From NCBI GenBank assembly GCA_010909165.1, contig MU008179.1, positions 992,001 through 1,056,000 on the forward strand: a DNA stretch of 64,000 bases, in the 5' to 3' direction. Origin of the DNA: Anthoceros angustus (Eukaryota; Plantae; Anthocerotophyta). Both the position numbers and the translations under genes were made by a program. Below the pieces are notes generated by a model that searched no databases, was not told where the DNA came from, and saw only the letters and a program-made list of their open reading frames with translations. Within the stretch, counting starts at the first letter, position 1. Every line of letters begins with the position of its first letter. This document shows, one piece after another, positions 1-23,436 of the stretch.

Positions 1-445
1 AAGCCATCTTTGTAATGCTTTGATAACTTAGTAAAAGATTTTAAGTACTAGTAAAAAACATGTTGTAAATCCGTGCATGTAGTAAAAAATATAGCTGGAT
101 AGTAAATAAGAGTCTTAGGAAAAGGTAAACTTTCACTGTAAAACACTTCTAAACCTGAAAAAACTAACCCACCAGTAAAACTCCAGGTAGTAAGTTCCAT
201 ACTTGCGTAGTAAAGTTTTCTATCTTGTTGTGATCCAAAATTGCCTCAGAATAAGAGACTTTCGCCGCCATAATCGTATTGAGTCGCGAAACCCAACCGT
301 AGTAAAACACCGCAACCCATGTTGTAAAGTCTAGTTGTATATACGGAGAATAACCGCAAATAAAGCCCCATAGTAAACGCAGTGCTCCGCTCTCTCATCT
401 CTCTAAAAAACAAACGTTAGTAAAGGGCATGGTTTCCTAGTAGTG
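1..445. mobile_element. CACTA (En/Spm) DNA transposon terminus with subterminal repeats; the rest lies left of the window
   Basis: 433-445 TTTCCTAGTAGTG is the reverse complement of CACTACTAGGAAA, a classic CACTA TIR. About 13 scattered GTAAA motifs lie upstream. It abuts and interrupts a copia protease reading (..HICNEKTQFDFLDLTPVKKR) at 446. Confidence 0.75.
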
Positions 446-1500
446 TCTTTTCTTCACCGGAGTCAAATCCAGGAAATCAAACTGAGTTTTTTCATTGCAG
501 ATGTGCGTCGTGGCACTAGAATCAAGGTACCAGCCAACATCTCCGGCAATGAGCTCGTCAAGCATACGGTAAGAATCTTCACAATAGATTTAGAGTTATC
601 ACTGGAAGTCCTATCTTTGACAACCATATTTGCAGACTATCGCAAGCCCTGTTTCTGAGGTTCGCCAGACTTCTTTTTGCGGCACTCACGTGCCCAATGC
701 TGCAATACCACCACCAACACTCGCGCGATGGGTGTTGATGAAACTGCGCCTCGGCGATTCATCGCCTTCCCTTTCTCGCTGCTTTGTATCGAACAGGTAG
801 GGCCTTATCATGCCTTAAGCTTTGAGCCTCCACTAGAAAGCAAACGACTTTTCTCTTCCTGAAACAATGTGCCAACAATATCCTCCACTGTAATGGTAGG
901 TGTTTGGCCAACTTGTGATGCCTGATGTGCGGTCCGCACTGGAAATTCTGATTAGAAACGAAGTTCTAGTATGATGCAGGGAGGCTTGGAAGAAGCTCGG
1001 CTACTGCATTAACTTCTCTCATCTCAATACCAAGAGACTTCAATTGCCCTCATAGGTGGCGAAACTTGGTAACATGAGAAACCACCTTGTCTCCCTCTCG
1101 CATACGTAATCCATAGAATTCCATTCGGATTGCACACAGTGTCATGGCATTACTAACATTGTACGTGGAGGATAGTTTTCCCATATAGTCGAGGCTTTTG
1201 TCAGGAACTCAACATCAGGTACCAAGTTCCCATCCAGGCCTCCAACCATGAGGGCAACAACAACATTGTTAAGCTGATCCCACTTGGTTATGTCCGCAGG
1301 TGTGGGGGTGGTGTAGCAGCAGGATTCGGCTTCATCAAAGTCCCATCAACTATGGGCCACACCCCCCGAGCAACTAAGGTGGACTTCATGCGGACAAGCT
1401 AGACCTGGTAGTTTGTACCATTAAATCGGTCTTTTTCTTTGAGCTCATAAGTAAAGACAGCTCCAAGAGACGAAGAGGTTTGACTTGAACCACTAGACAT
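446..1500 (-). pseudogene. Degenerate Ty1/copia gag-protease of an old element (copia-0)
   Basis: Minus strand from ATG 1500: MSSGSSQTSSSLGAVFTYELKEKDRFNGTNY (gag), zinc-knuckle remnant HWARECRKKK near 680, protease motif WYLDSSATTHICNEK near 485-530. Stops and frameshifts are present. Confidence 0.85.
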
Positions 1501-2017
1501 GTTTAGCATATGGTTACGAATTGTTCTGAAGTTTTCAATCAATGAGTCTAGAGGTGCATTGGTCATATAGTACTAAGGTTCGTCGGGTTGGTAGGGATGA
1601 TTACTAGGCAATGCTTAGAGTAGGATGCATCAAGGAGCTCTGCATTCCTATCTATGCCCCACCTTAATGATCTCTCTGAACGACAACCAAAAGAAACGAC
1701 ACTAGACAAGCTAGACCATTAAAGTGGTCTTTTCTTTGAGCTCATAAGTAAAGACAGCTCCAAGAGACGAAGAGGTTTGACTTGAACCACTAGACATGTT
1801 TAGCATATGGTTCTGAATTGTTGCTGAAGTTTTCAATCAATGAGTCTAGAGGTGCATTGGTCATATAGTACTAAGGTTCGTCGGGTTGGTAGGGATGATT
1901 ACTAGGCAATGCTTAGAGTAGGATGCATCAAGGAGCTCTGCATTCCTATCTATGCCCCACCTCAGTAATGATCTCTACAGGCATGACAACCAAAGAAATG
2001 AAACGACACTAGACAAG
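1393..2017. repeat. Tandem duplication of about 310 bp covering the copia-0 gag start
   Basis: Near-identical blocks at about 1393-1704 and 1705-2017, with junction microhomology GACAAG. Confidence 0.9.
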
Positions 2018-2513
2018 AGATGTCGTTTCAGCATGAACCCTACTGCATAGGACAAAACTGACAGTTGCCTATGCTGGAAATAGGTTACAGTGGCAAGGTT
2101 CCACTATGCTCGCGTGATTAGGAGAGGCGCATCCTGTCGACAAAGGGACGCGCGAAGTGCCTGATGAGCAACGTACCTCCCCGCCCATCCCTTGACACCT
2201 TGGATGCATCTATTCAGATCTCTTCAACTCCCAATTGCAGTGGAATTAGTAGAGGGTGCTGCAAGATCTTGTTCTTGAAGACCAACATTGGGATGAAATC
2301 GTGGCCGAGATTCAGGAATTGGAGAGAGTCTGCGATACACATAAGGCTTCTTTGAATCATCAAGTCCCCTTGATGTATCATAGATTGAAAACGACTATAT
2401 TTATCTTTAATTCTCTGATTGAATCTCCTCTGGTCAAGCATTGTGTGCGCGCTCGGCAGGTGATTTGGACTTGGCTGTAAGGGATATGATGTAGATCCAG
2501 CACCTTCTCTTTG

Positions 2514-2768
2514 TGTAAGGGTATTAAAGCCCAATGTACTTAGACTAATACACTTAGTCTAAGTTAGGTGTCAGTTAAGTATCATTAGTTTAGTTGAAGC
2601 TAATCACTAGGAAGCTTCTTGTGCTCCTTCCTAGGAGCTTCTTGTGGAGCTTCCTAGGAGCCTATTGGAGGTATAAATACCCTCAAGCCTCATCTCAATG
2701 TGAGAGAGCTACTCTTGCCTCCTCCTCTCCTCTCCTCTTTCCACCATCATGGTGCCCACGATCCTTCA
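2514..2768 (+). repeat. 5' LTR of copia-1
   Basis: TGTAAGGG...GATCCTTCA; TATAAATA box near 2670; matches 7374-7632. Confidence 0.95.
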
Positions 2769-2823
2769 AGCGGTATCGAGCCATGGTTTGGTTGTGTTGT
2801 GATGCTAGAATTTTCTAGCGAGG

Positions 2824-3440
2824 GTGCGGCTCGTGGGTGCAGGTGATCCGGATCGCGGCTGCGCGCGCAGCGCGGGCGGCGTGGCGAGGCCGCGCCGCGG
2901 CGCGGGCCGCGCGCGCGCAGCGGGCCGCGGCGCGGCGCGCGGGCCGCGGGCGCGGCGCGGGCGCGCAGCGCGGCGCGCAGCGCGCCGGCCCAGCCGCCCG
3001 GCCGCGGCGCGGGCGCAGCGCGGGCGCCAGCGCGGGCGCCGCGGGCCGGCCGCAGCCGCGCAGGCGCCCTTGCGGGCCGCGCCGCGGCGCCGGGCCTTGG
3101 CGCCGGCCGCAGCCCGCGGCGCCCGGCCAGCGGCCGCAGCCCGCGCGGGCGCGCCGCGCCGCAGCCCGCGGCCAGCGGCGCGCGCCCAGCGGCGCCCGCG
3201 GCGCGGCGCGCGGGCCTTGGCGCGCAGCGGGCCGGCCGGCCGGCCGGCCAGCCGCCCAGCGCGCGGGCCGGCCGGCCGCCGCGCGCGCCGCGGCCGGCGC
3301 GCCGGCCGGCCGGCGGCGCGCCGCGGCCTTGGTAGGCCGGCCGGCGGCGTGGCCGTGGCGTGGCCGTGGCGGTGGCGGCGCGCAGCGCGGCGCCGCGGCG
3401 CGGGCGCGGCGGGGCGGCGCGGCGCCAGAGTTATGTGCCG
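2824..3440. repeat. Extreme GC low-complexity tract in the copia-1 leader
   Basis: About 600 bp made almost entirely of G and C (GCGCGG/GGCC motifs). The Arg/Ala-rich ORFs here are compositional by-products. Confidence 0.9.
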
Positions 3441-3580
3441 AGCGCGGCGGTGGCGAAGAAAATTCGTCGAAATATTCGGATACTCAGTGGAATAATCAGG
3501 CCACGGACCGCCGGGTATGTTTCTTCTTTGACTTTTCTAACAAGGCGAGTTGAGTGTTTTATCATATCGATTTTTGAGTC

Positions 3581-6500
3581 ATGATGTCTTCATCATCGAG
3601 CGTCATGTTCAATATCGAGAAGTTAGATGGTACTAACTTCCCGTTCTGGAAAGAACAAGTGTATAATGTTCTAGTGCAGAAAAAGCAGATCAAGCCCATA
3701 AAGCTGTTAGGCGTCAAACCAGATAGTATGACACAGGATGAGTGGCAGGACCTGGATGAGCTTGCTAGATCTACTATCATGCTAACATTGTCAAAAACAG
3801 TGTACTTCAATGTGAAAGATAAGACCACAAGTTACGAACTGTGGCAGAAGCTGTGTGACCTGTATGAGAAGCAAAGTGCGGCTTCTCAGGTGTATTGGTT
3901 GAAACAGCTGGTGGACTTGAAGATGAAGGAAGGGACGAGGATGTCCGATCATCGAATGATTTCAATACCATTTTCAGCTCTCATCTCAAGGTATCACGTT
4001 CCCAGTTAGTGAGAGCTATGTTTCATTGGTCACATTACGAGAGTTGGGACACCTTTAAATGCACTGAGTAGTGCACTTTGCTAGTGGTCTTACCATTGTA
4101 AATGTAGAAGGTAGCACATTGGCGAGGTGAGCAGGAAAAACATGGAACCTTCCAAAGGTTCCGGTGCCCTCATAGTGAGAGGGAGGTCCCGCTGCGAAGG
4201 GAAGCAGACGAAGCTTCTCTCGTAGCAAATCTCGTAGTCGTAACAAGAATGTGGAGTGTCACTATTGTCACAAAGGGTCACTTCAAAGAGTGCGAGAAGT
4301 TCAAAAGGACCAAGGAAAAGAGAAGAAGCGGGGCGACAAGAAGGCGACTTGCATCAGTTGGAAGAGTTAAACTGTTGAGGACGGAGATGTCCTTATCTCT
4401 TCTTACTTGAATCTTTGCACAATTAATGACCGTGGATAGTCATTTATTACGCAATTGGATAATTGACTCGGTGCATCTTTCCATGTTACTCCTCATAGAG
4501 TGGTTTACGTATGATGCTACAAGGAAAGGATCGTTAGGCTTGGAAATAACTATGCATGCGGATCGCGGCGTGAGGTGATGTGCAACTCAAGTTTGACAAC
4601 GGATCTTCATTCATCTTTGAAGGGCGTTAGGCATGTTCGAAGTTGACAAAGAGCATGATTAGCGGGGCGGTTGGATGATCTTTGGTTACCACTTTGGTTT
4701 GGGGATCACTCTTGGAAGATCTCCAAAGGTTCTCTTGTGTTAGCTCGTGGATCGAAGTGTGGCACTTTGTACTCACTTGATAAACTTCAAAGATCATGTG
4801 ATCTGTGTGACAGAGCAGCCAAATGTTTCCTTGTGGCATTGCGGTTAGGACATATGTCTCAGAAGGGAATGAAGGTTTTATCTCGTTCTGGTTATATCCC
4901 TGTTCTTAACTTCTCTGATCTCTCGATGTGTGAGCCTTTGTTTATATGGGAAACAGACAAAATCATCACATCGAACACGAGGTAAAAGTAGAAGTAAACC
5001 TCTTGAGTTGGTTCACAGTGATGTATGTGGACCTATGCCTGCATCATTAGGCGGTGCCTCTATTTTGTCACTTTCATAGATGATTTTCTCACGCAAGGTG
5101 TGGGTTTTATCCTTTGAGGAAAAAGGATGAAGTTACGGCGGTGTTTGAAATTTGTCACCCTTGTAGAGAATCGATCAGCCACCGATTGAAGTGTCTAAGG
5201 GCGGATAATGGTGGCAGTATGTTTAGCTTTCGGTCATTACGTGATTCCAAGGAATCAAAGAGAATTAAACTCCTCCACAAAATGGTGTGGGTGGCGGATG
5301 AGCAGAACCATTCGAGAGGATCGTAGTTTGTTGTCAAACTACGGATTGCCTAATGGGTTTTGGGCGAGCGGTGTCTGCAGTTCATCTTATTAACGATCTC
5401 CTAATAAAAATTGATGAGCGAGTTCGGAGGAGCTATGGTCCGGAAAGAAACCATCCTACAAGCATCTGCGAGTGTTTGGGCGTGAGGCATCTTGCCATGT
5501 TCCAAAAGAGTTTCGGGACAAGTTGGCACCTAAGTCCAAGAAATGTATTTTTCTTGGCTATGGTGATTCGGTGAGATGGGATACCGTTTGTGGGATCGAG
5601 GCTAGAAAGGTTGTTCGTACTAACGACGTGTTCTTCAATGAGAACAAGATGCACAGGAAGCCTACTCCAAGCTGTGGAGGTGCGAAGGGTGATCTTCCAA
5701 GAAGATGGACATGATCATCATGGGGTTGATAGTGGTAATGTGCGAGCACATTCCTCCACCGATAGATGAACCAAGAGTCGAACAAGCACCTATAGAGGTG
5801 CACGTGGAGGTCGGTGAGGATTACGACCTCACGGCGGTATGATCCATCTGGATTATGTTATCTTGTGATTGTGGGAACCCTCTTCTTACAAAGAGGCCAT
5901 GTCAATGAGTAACAAAGAGAAGTGGGAGAAGGCCATGCGATCGAAATGAATTGCATAAGAACCAAACTTGGGAGTTGGTTGGTTGCCTAGGATAAGAAGG
6001 CACTACCTGCAAATGGGTGTACAAGATGAAGGTCATACCTTGATGGCAAACCAAAGTACAAGGCACGATTGGTTGCTAAGGGTTTCAAGCAACAACAGGC
6101 ATTGACTTTGATGAGATTTTCTCACCGAGTCAAAATGACAACTGCGATGTGTTCTTGCTTTGGTTGCGGATGATATGGAACTTATGCGGATGGATGTCAA
6201 GAGCATTCTTGCATGGTGACCTTCAAGAGGCGTCTACATGCAACGGAAGGTTTTGTTGAGAAGGGCAAAGAGCATCGGTGTGCGAGGTTGAGGAAGAGCC
6301 TTTATGGTTTGAAACGGGCACCAGTGGTATCACAAGTTCCACTCATTTATGCTTTCTCAAGGCTACAAGCGTGGCGATGAGGATCATTGCCTCTATCTGA
6401 AACAAGCTAAGGATCAAAGCTTGCTCATTTTGATCCTCTATGTGGATGATATGCTAATTCTTTGGGAACATCTTGATGAGATTTGTTGAAGTCAAAGTTG

Positions 6501-7290
6501 AATGCTCACTTTGAAATAGCAGACTTGGGAGGCGAGCCATATACTTGGCATGCGTATTCGGAGCAGACATAAGCGTCGCTTTATTTGTCTCGACGGAATA
6601 CATTAGAGGTGCTTCAACGTTTCAACATGGAGAAGGGAAGCCATTGGGTACTCCATTGCCTCCATATGTGAAACTTTCAAGCGGATTGCCCAAGCTACGA
6701 GGAGGACAAAAGCTGAAATGGAGAAGGTCTCATGCTCATCAGCTGTAGGGAGTTTGATGTATGCAATGATTGCTACACGTCCTGACATTGCCTTTGCAGT
6801 GGGAGTGGTTAGCAGGTTTATGTCAAACCCTGGCAAGAAGCATTGGGAGGCGATAAAAGGAGTTATGAGGTATCCGAATGGTACAAAAGCTTTGTGCATA
6901 TGTTTTGGTAGTGAAGATGCATGTGTGGATTATCACGGGGATATGGACAAAAGGAGGTCCACATCAGTTATGTCTTCACGTGCCTTTGGAGGCGATCTCA
7001 TGGCGATCTCGTTTGCGATCGTGCATTCGCTATCTACCGGTATATGTTGCAGCGAGGCTTGCAAGGAAGCCATATGGCTTGCTCGTTTAGTGGGAGACTT
7101 GGGGATCAAGGTTGCCGGTGTTGCATTGTGATAGCAGTGCTATCAATTGGCAAAGAATCCGATGTTTCATGCGAAGACTAAACATGTGGATGTGAAGTAT
7201 CACTTCATTCGAGAGGTGTTGGACGACAAGAGGGTACAACTTGTCAAGGTTCACCGGCCGAACCCTGAGATATTCTTACCAAGGGACTCT
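3581..7290 (+). pseudogene. copia-1 gag-pol (frameshifted)
   Basis: Gag IEKLDGTNFPFWKEQ, knuckle remnant CHYCHKGH near 4260, protease WIIDS near 4455, integrase LELVHSDVCGPM near 5000, RT region 5900-6600, RNase H KHVDVKYHFIRE near 7180. Confidence 0.9.
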
Positions 7291-7373
7291 CTACGAGCAA
7301 TTTGCACAAGCTCGGACGATGGGCATGAGATAGTCCATTCTCCTGAAGGTAAATTGGCCTTTAAGTGGGAGGT

Positions 7374-7632
7374 TGTAAGGGTATTAAAGCCCAATGTACT
7401 TAGACTAATACACTTAGTCTAAGTTAGGTGTCGATTAAGTATCATTAGTTTAGCTTAAGCTAATCACTAGGAAGCTTCTTGTGCTCCTTCCAAGCTTCTT
7501 GTGGAGCTTCCTAGGGAGCCCTATTGGAGGGCATAAATACCCTCCAAGCCTCATCTCAATGTGAGAGAGCTACACTTGCCTCCTCCTCTCCTCTCCTCTT
7601 TCCACCATCATGTGTTGCCACACGATCCTTCA
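7374..7632 (+). repeat. 3' LTR of copia-1
   Basis: Matches 2514-2768 apart from a few substitutions and small indels; followed by TSD CTTTG. Confidence 0.95.
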
Positions 7633-8184
7633 CTTTGCAATCGCTGATTATGCCTGGCAAAGTACAATCTGTTTATTTTAGCGGCCTTTTTAGCAGCTTT
7701 AGAGATTCGTGCCTCGTGCTCAACTTCCGAAGTTTGATTGGGTCGATTTGCCTTCTTGTATAATCCAAGTTCCTTGGCGTCCTGCTGCGCGCACTCCCGT
7801 ACACCCCATTGCTGGTAACTCCAGCAATTGCTATGTCGGTCTCTAGAGCAGGGTCCTCCACGTCCTTTACGGCAGTTGCAGAATAGAGGCCTAGAAGCAC
7901 GTCCCTCACAGCCGTAGAGAAAGGGGCCACTGGGACGAGTCATCATGCTTGCATAGATCAAAGATTATTTGTGTGTTATGATACCATATCGGTTTTCCGG
8001 AGAGAGAGATCTTGCAAAAAGCTCACTCTTCATTAGGAAAAAATAGAGAACAAAAAACAAACATTCATACTTGACCCATTATGTATGAAGCTATGCACCC
8101 TTTCAAATAGGTAACCTAACTATAATGTAAGCTAGGTTTATCCCTTTAACAATGGGATTTCCCATCTCGTTTTTTTTTCATATA

Positions 8185-8529
8185 CCGTACCTCGAAGGGT
8201 GGTTCAACAGGATAATGCCGAAATAATTATTTTTTGAAAAAAACAAGGTTCAACATAAATATTTATATTTTTCAAAATTTCAACATTTACAAAAAATAAT
8301 TTTATCAAATTTCAACATTTATTAAAATATATAGGTATATATAAAACTAATGGATATGTATAGATCTCCCTAAATAGGCCTAATTTTCCACACAAACCCT
8401 AGTTTCCTTATTTTCGCATCATAAACTCATAAATTTTTACCTATTCAACATTTTAAGTATAATAATTTCTGGATTTTCAACTTTTACTAATTTTAATTAA
8501 TTAATGCCGAATCACCCCTTGGGGTACGG
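8185..8529. mobile_element. MITE, Tc1/mariner-type (TA target)
   Basis: TIRs CCGTACCTCGAAGGGTG versus reverse complement CCGTACCCCAAGGGGTG (14/17). TA on both sides, AT-rich interior, 345 bp. Confidence 0.75.
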
Positions 8530-9150
8530 TAGTCTCCATTTCCTCATAACACGTTTTGAATTATACTAACTCACAGGTTTATGTTCCATTTATAACGATA
8601 ATTGTTACACACACCCTTAAAGAGCAGCTTACACAAAATTAAACCTGTTCATACTGCAGGACAGATCAAAATGATATAAGAGTGAAAATGAGTGTCTAAA
8701 CGACCAAGACACCGGTGGAGTACACAGCAAAAGGCAGGATGGTACACGATGGGCGACATCACGGACTGTACGCAGGAAACAGCTTTTTCTAGGTGTAGGT
8801 CTAAGGAGCGATGGGAGCAATCAAGCCCACTAGAAGCTTCAAGGCATGGACATTTCTGCTCCATTTTGCATTCGACGGATCCGTTTTCACAGCGGATTGT
8901 TAATTTTACAGTCAGGCCCTCAGTCCAGAAGTGATGTGAGCCAACATTGAGTGGACGCCACCTTCTGAAGGTCACCGATGTAACAGCCTCTAATAGCTGG
9001 GAGCCAAAGGTGCCTAGTAGGTTAGTTGTGAAAACTCACAATGGGGCCAATTGGGTTGTTGGGATCTTTAAGTTAGCAAAATGACATACAAGCGCCAAGA
9101 AACCCAGTTCGACAGACAGCTTTATCTCAATTTACTTAGGAGGGGTCCTT

Positions 9151-20309
<11,159 letters not shown>

Positions 20310-21953
20310 GTACGAGAGGAAAGTCCGGGATAGACGCCGGGCATGGGATCCTGCCAAGTCCGTGTATTATGGCCTGCAGGCATGAAGAGAATGCCCAATT
20401 GCAATCGAAAATACCTTTCACCAACACAAAGAAAAGAACGAGCTAGCTTGCTTGCTTGCGAGCTCGCTTGTCTGGTTGCTGGCAGTACAGGAACGCACCA
20501 GCTCTTGCAGTCTAGCACCGGCGGTCTGATGCAGGTTTCCTCGCATCCAGCTATCCCTGCAAATCCAAATGCCTACACATGTGAAATGAGCATCCCATGT
20601 GCCTACCAAGGAATCCCAAGTCAAGCACCAGCGCATGCGAGCACGCGATCCGTGTTACAAACAACAAAGCAGCTCCCACCGAAACCTCCATGTGTCCTTT
20701 TAACCCCAGTTTCCGCTTTTTGCGCACATACATATGACTCCGCCTTGCGGGACGATAACTCTTCGTGTGGCAAAACCCTTCGCACCCTCGGTTGGTGCGA
20801 TCGGTTTCTGCAAAACACCGTATTATAAACCCTAGCCTACCTGCCTAGTCAGCTTGCGGTGGTTATACATATTACACATAGGAAAGACACACACTACGGT
20901 ACTTAATTTGCAAGTTGTTAGGTGAATATGTATGTAGAAGATTTATAACCTAAAATTCTAATTTTTTTCATTCCGTCCCACATCAAAGGATTGAGTACAG
21001 AATACGTAGATATTTTTATAACATGTTAAAGGTATATTATTTATATTACATGCTAAAAATATGTGTACTAAGAAGACTCAATGTTGTTTACGAAATTGCA
21101 TACACTTAATCTGGTCAAGCAGCTCAATGACGGTCTCGCTAGAGTAAAGAAGCGGATCAATGGGATATATATGTTTCCTCAAAGTGGATCAATGGGATTT
21201 GTATGGTTGTTCAATTGAACGTTTTATCTGGGGCCAAACCTCAAAAAACCATCTTATTGTGAGTGCCTAGTTTCTATATGTCTATGCCCATGCATCCATG
21301 GCCATGCCCGATGTTCAAGTTAGTTCCCAACAATTTAGGACCTCTCCACACTAACAGTTTGGGTGTAGTTGAATTGTCGTTCGGCTATTGGTTGGCCACA
21401 TGGCGGATTTGAACTACATGAACTAGAACACAAACACAATCCGATGTGGCATGTAGGTAGGGGGTGCGGTTTAGTTTAGATCGAACTGATTAGTGAAATA
21501 AACTAGTTGCAAATCCTCCATTATTCGGTTAAATTGAAGTAAAATAGTAAATATATTTATTACTTATTACTACTTGACTTTTTTCTTTTACCAAATATCT
21601 TTTACGTTTAGTCTCATTCGTTGTCCTTCTCCTTCTCTCCCGCTTCCTCCCATTTCCCTCCACATCTCCGTTTACATCGCTTCGACCATGGTCGCATTTA
21701 GATAAGAGCTCGCCGCAAAGTTCAAGCCTAGCAAAGATGCTGTATTTAAAGGCCCAAAGAAGACGCATATTTATATACGCGTACCCACCACTCGAGTGGT
21801 GGACTCCCCGCGACACAACTCATGGTCGCACACTTGTTCGCAATAAGAGTACTTATATGTTGAACGGACATGATCATCTACAAAACCAAAGCATCATCAT
21901 CCTATTGCTCCTCCCATCAATGCTGTTAAATGCAACGTGATGGAGTGCACCGG

Positions 21954-22143
21954 TATTGTGTTTCTTCCGGGAGATGGAGGCAGGTTGCAAAAACAAAGAT
22001 TTCCAGTGGGTGGTGTGTCGATATTGTGTTCCTTTCGGGAGATGGAAAGAGGGTTGCAAAGACAAGGATTTTCGATGCACCACCCACTAAAAATCCTGGG
22101 GTGGTGCATCAAAATTCCTTCCATCTCCCGGAAGAAATACAAT
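21954..22143. repeat. Foldback structure: two 68-bp-period direct repeats, a hairpin and an inverted copy
   Basis: TATTGTGTT..GGGAGATGG units at 21954 and 22022; 12-bp perfect stem at 22074-22085 and 22099-22110; 22121-22143 is a 22/23 inverted match to 21955-21977. Confidence 0.8.
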
Positions 22144-23436
22144 CTTGTTGAAATCTACAATGCTATTTAATGGATACTTATACGTGTTTATAAATTTAGA
22201 TTTCCAATCTCACTATTGCAAGTAGTAGGCGATTACATTGGAGAATGCAAAGAAGAGCTAGATCCGGACAATATCATCTTCGTCCTGGACTCTGGGGCGA
22301 AAGAACGAAATACCAACGTTTCCGACTGAAAGTGGAGATGCCTAGGAATAGACCTTCCTTCTATTATTTGCAATTATAGACTATCGTGTTTGCTCCAGGC
22401 CTTTTTGTTGTTGTTGTTGTCAATAGAAGAAAATATGCCGGTATATCGGCGCATTGTCTTCAACGGATTCTACTTTTCGTACATATTGAGTGCTTTTAAA
22501 TAAGTTCTCAGCACCACTTTCCCAGCATCTCATTCCTAAAAACATGATAAACCTACATTTCTGTGTTAGCTGCTGGGTTTCAAGGTTGTGTATGTATGAA
22601 GGAAAAAAGGGCTTTGTGGACTAAGCCCTTATCCCTAGACACTATTTATAGTTTTAACCTTTGCCCTTTCATACTATTTTAGGAATTAACCTCATATGTT
22701 TCATTTTGGACTCTGTTCTTAATGCCGTTGTTGTGGGCGTTTGTTATTGTAGGTGTCCTATAGACTTGTGGGCGTTCGCTTAAGGATGGCTTTGATGATA
22801 ATCAAATGCTAGAAGTTTTAGATCCCCATAGATGTCATACCTTCTACTCCAGTGGCTAGCTTCAAAGTTGAAGCATGCCGATGGACCTTGGTGAAATCAA
22901 CACATTCCATATTAGTGAAGAGGGGAGTGTTTGCTTTTCAATTAACCTAGAAAACTTTGGTCGGCTAGCAACTTCTGCGGGTTATAAGTTGTATGGAAAG
23001 CAAGATTGTACCCTCCATGATGAGACTGTAGGTGTGATAGAAGCTTTAGTGGGTTCAACAAAATCCCTAAACACAAGTTTTGGAAGACGAGAAGGTAGTC
23101 ATGATGGTATTCTTTAAGAGGATCAGTCATTGCAAGATATTATGCAGGATATGAATGCTCCTGACGATGATGACAATACTGTAGAAAGACGAAGGAAGGT
23201 GCTAATTTGGTTGTTGCTGGAGATGTGTTTTCTTGTTCTCATTATTGTAATCAAGGAGTTCTTTTTCCTCCCATTGCAACATCCTTGCAATTGTTGAGCC
23301 CATCTATGGATGAGCTCTATATGAGACTTGAGGACACATCCTCAAAGTTGTTGCAAGCTGGCTCGGGTCATGCTCTTCCCTTCCTTCCTTGCTCCAAACT
23401 TCATGTTGCATGCTGCAGAAGGTAGGACTTCCCAGT

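Larger units (their letters stand above)
2514..7632 (+). mobile_element. Full-length Ty1/copia LTR retrotransposon, Tnt1/Tork-like (copia-1)
   Basis: LTRs 2514-2768 and 7374-7632 (TG...CA). Perfect 5-bp TSD CTTTG at 2509-2513 and 7633-7637. PBS-like CGGTATCGAGCC at 2771, PPT AAGTGGGAGG before 7374, domain order gag-PR-IN-RT-RH. Confidence 0.95.
2214..7946 (-). pseudogene. Upstream accessory ORF of copia-0 (202 aa once copia-1 is removed)
   Basis: ORF 7946-7633 (..ARHNQRLQ) rejoins in frame with 2508-2214 (REGAGSTS..) across one copy of the TSD. It shows protein similarity to the upstream ORF of copia-3 (56266-56786). Confidence 0.6.
446..8150 (-). mobile_element. Old minus-strand copia (copia-0): PBS, long leader with upstream ORF, gag-PR; interrupted by copia-1 and CACTA
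   Basis: PBS-like TGGTATCATAAC at 7986-7975. Leader pieces 7974-7633 and 2508-1501 rejoin across TSD CTTTG. The putative 5' LTR (about 7987-8150) is weakly supported because no second LTR is in the window. Confidence 0.6.

Noticed and set aside
2824-3553. 223-aa and 238-aa Arg/Ala/Gly-rich ORFs
   Set aside because: Stop codons are simply absent from near-pure GC sequence; there is no domain signal.
21337-21495. Possible Tourist/Harbinger MITE
   Set aside because: Only partial internal inverted matches; no clear paired TIR or TSD.
22200-23430. Codon-like degraded sequence, possibly a TE or gene relic
   Set aside because: No recognisable domain in any frame, so it is left unannotated.
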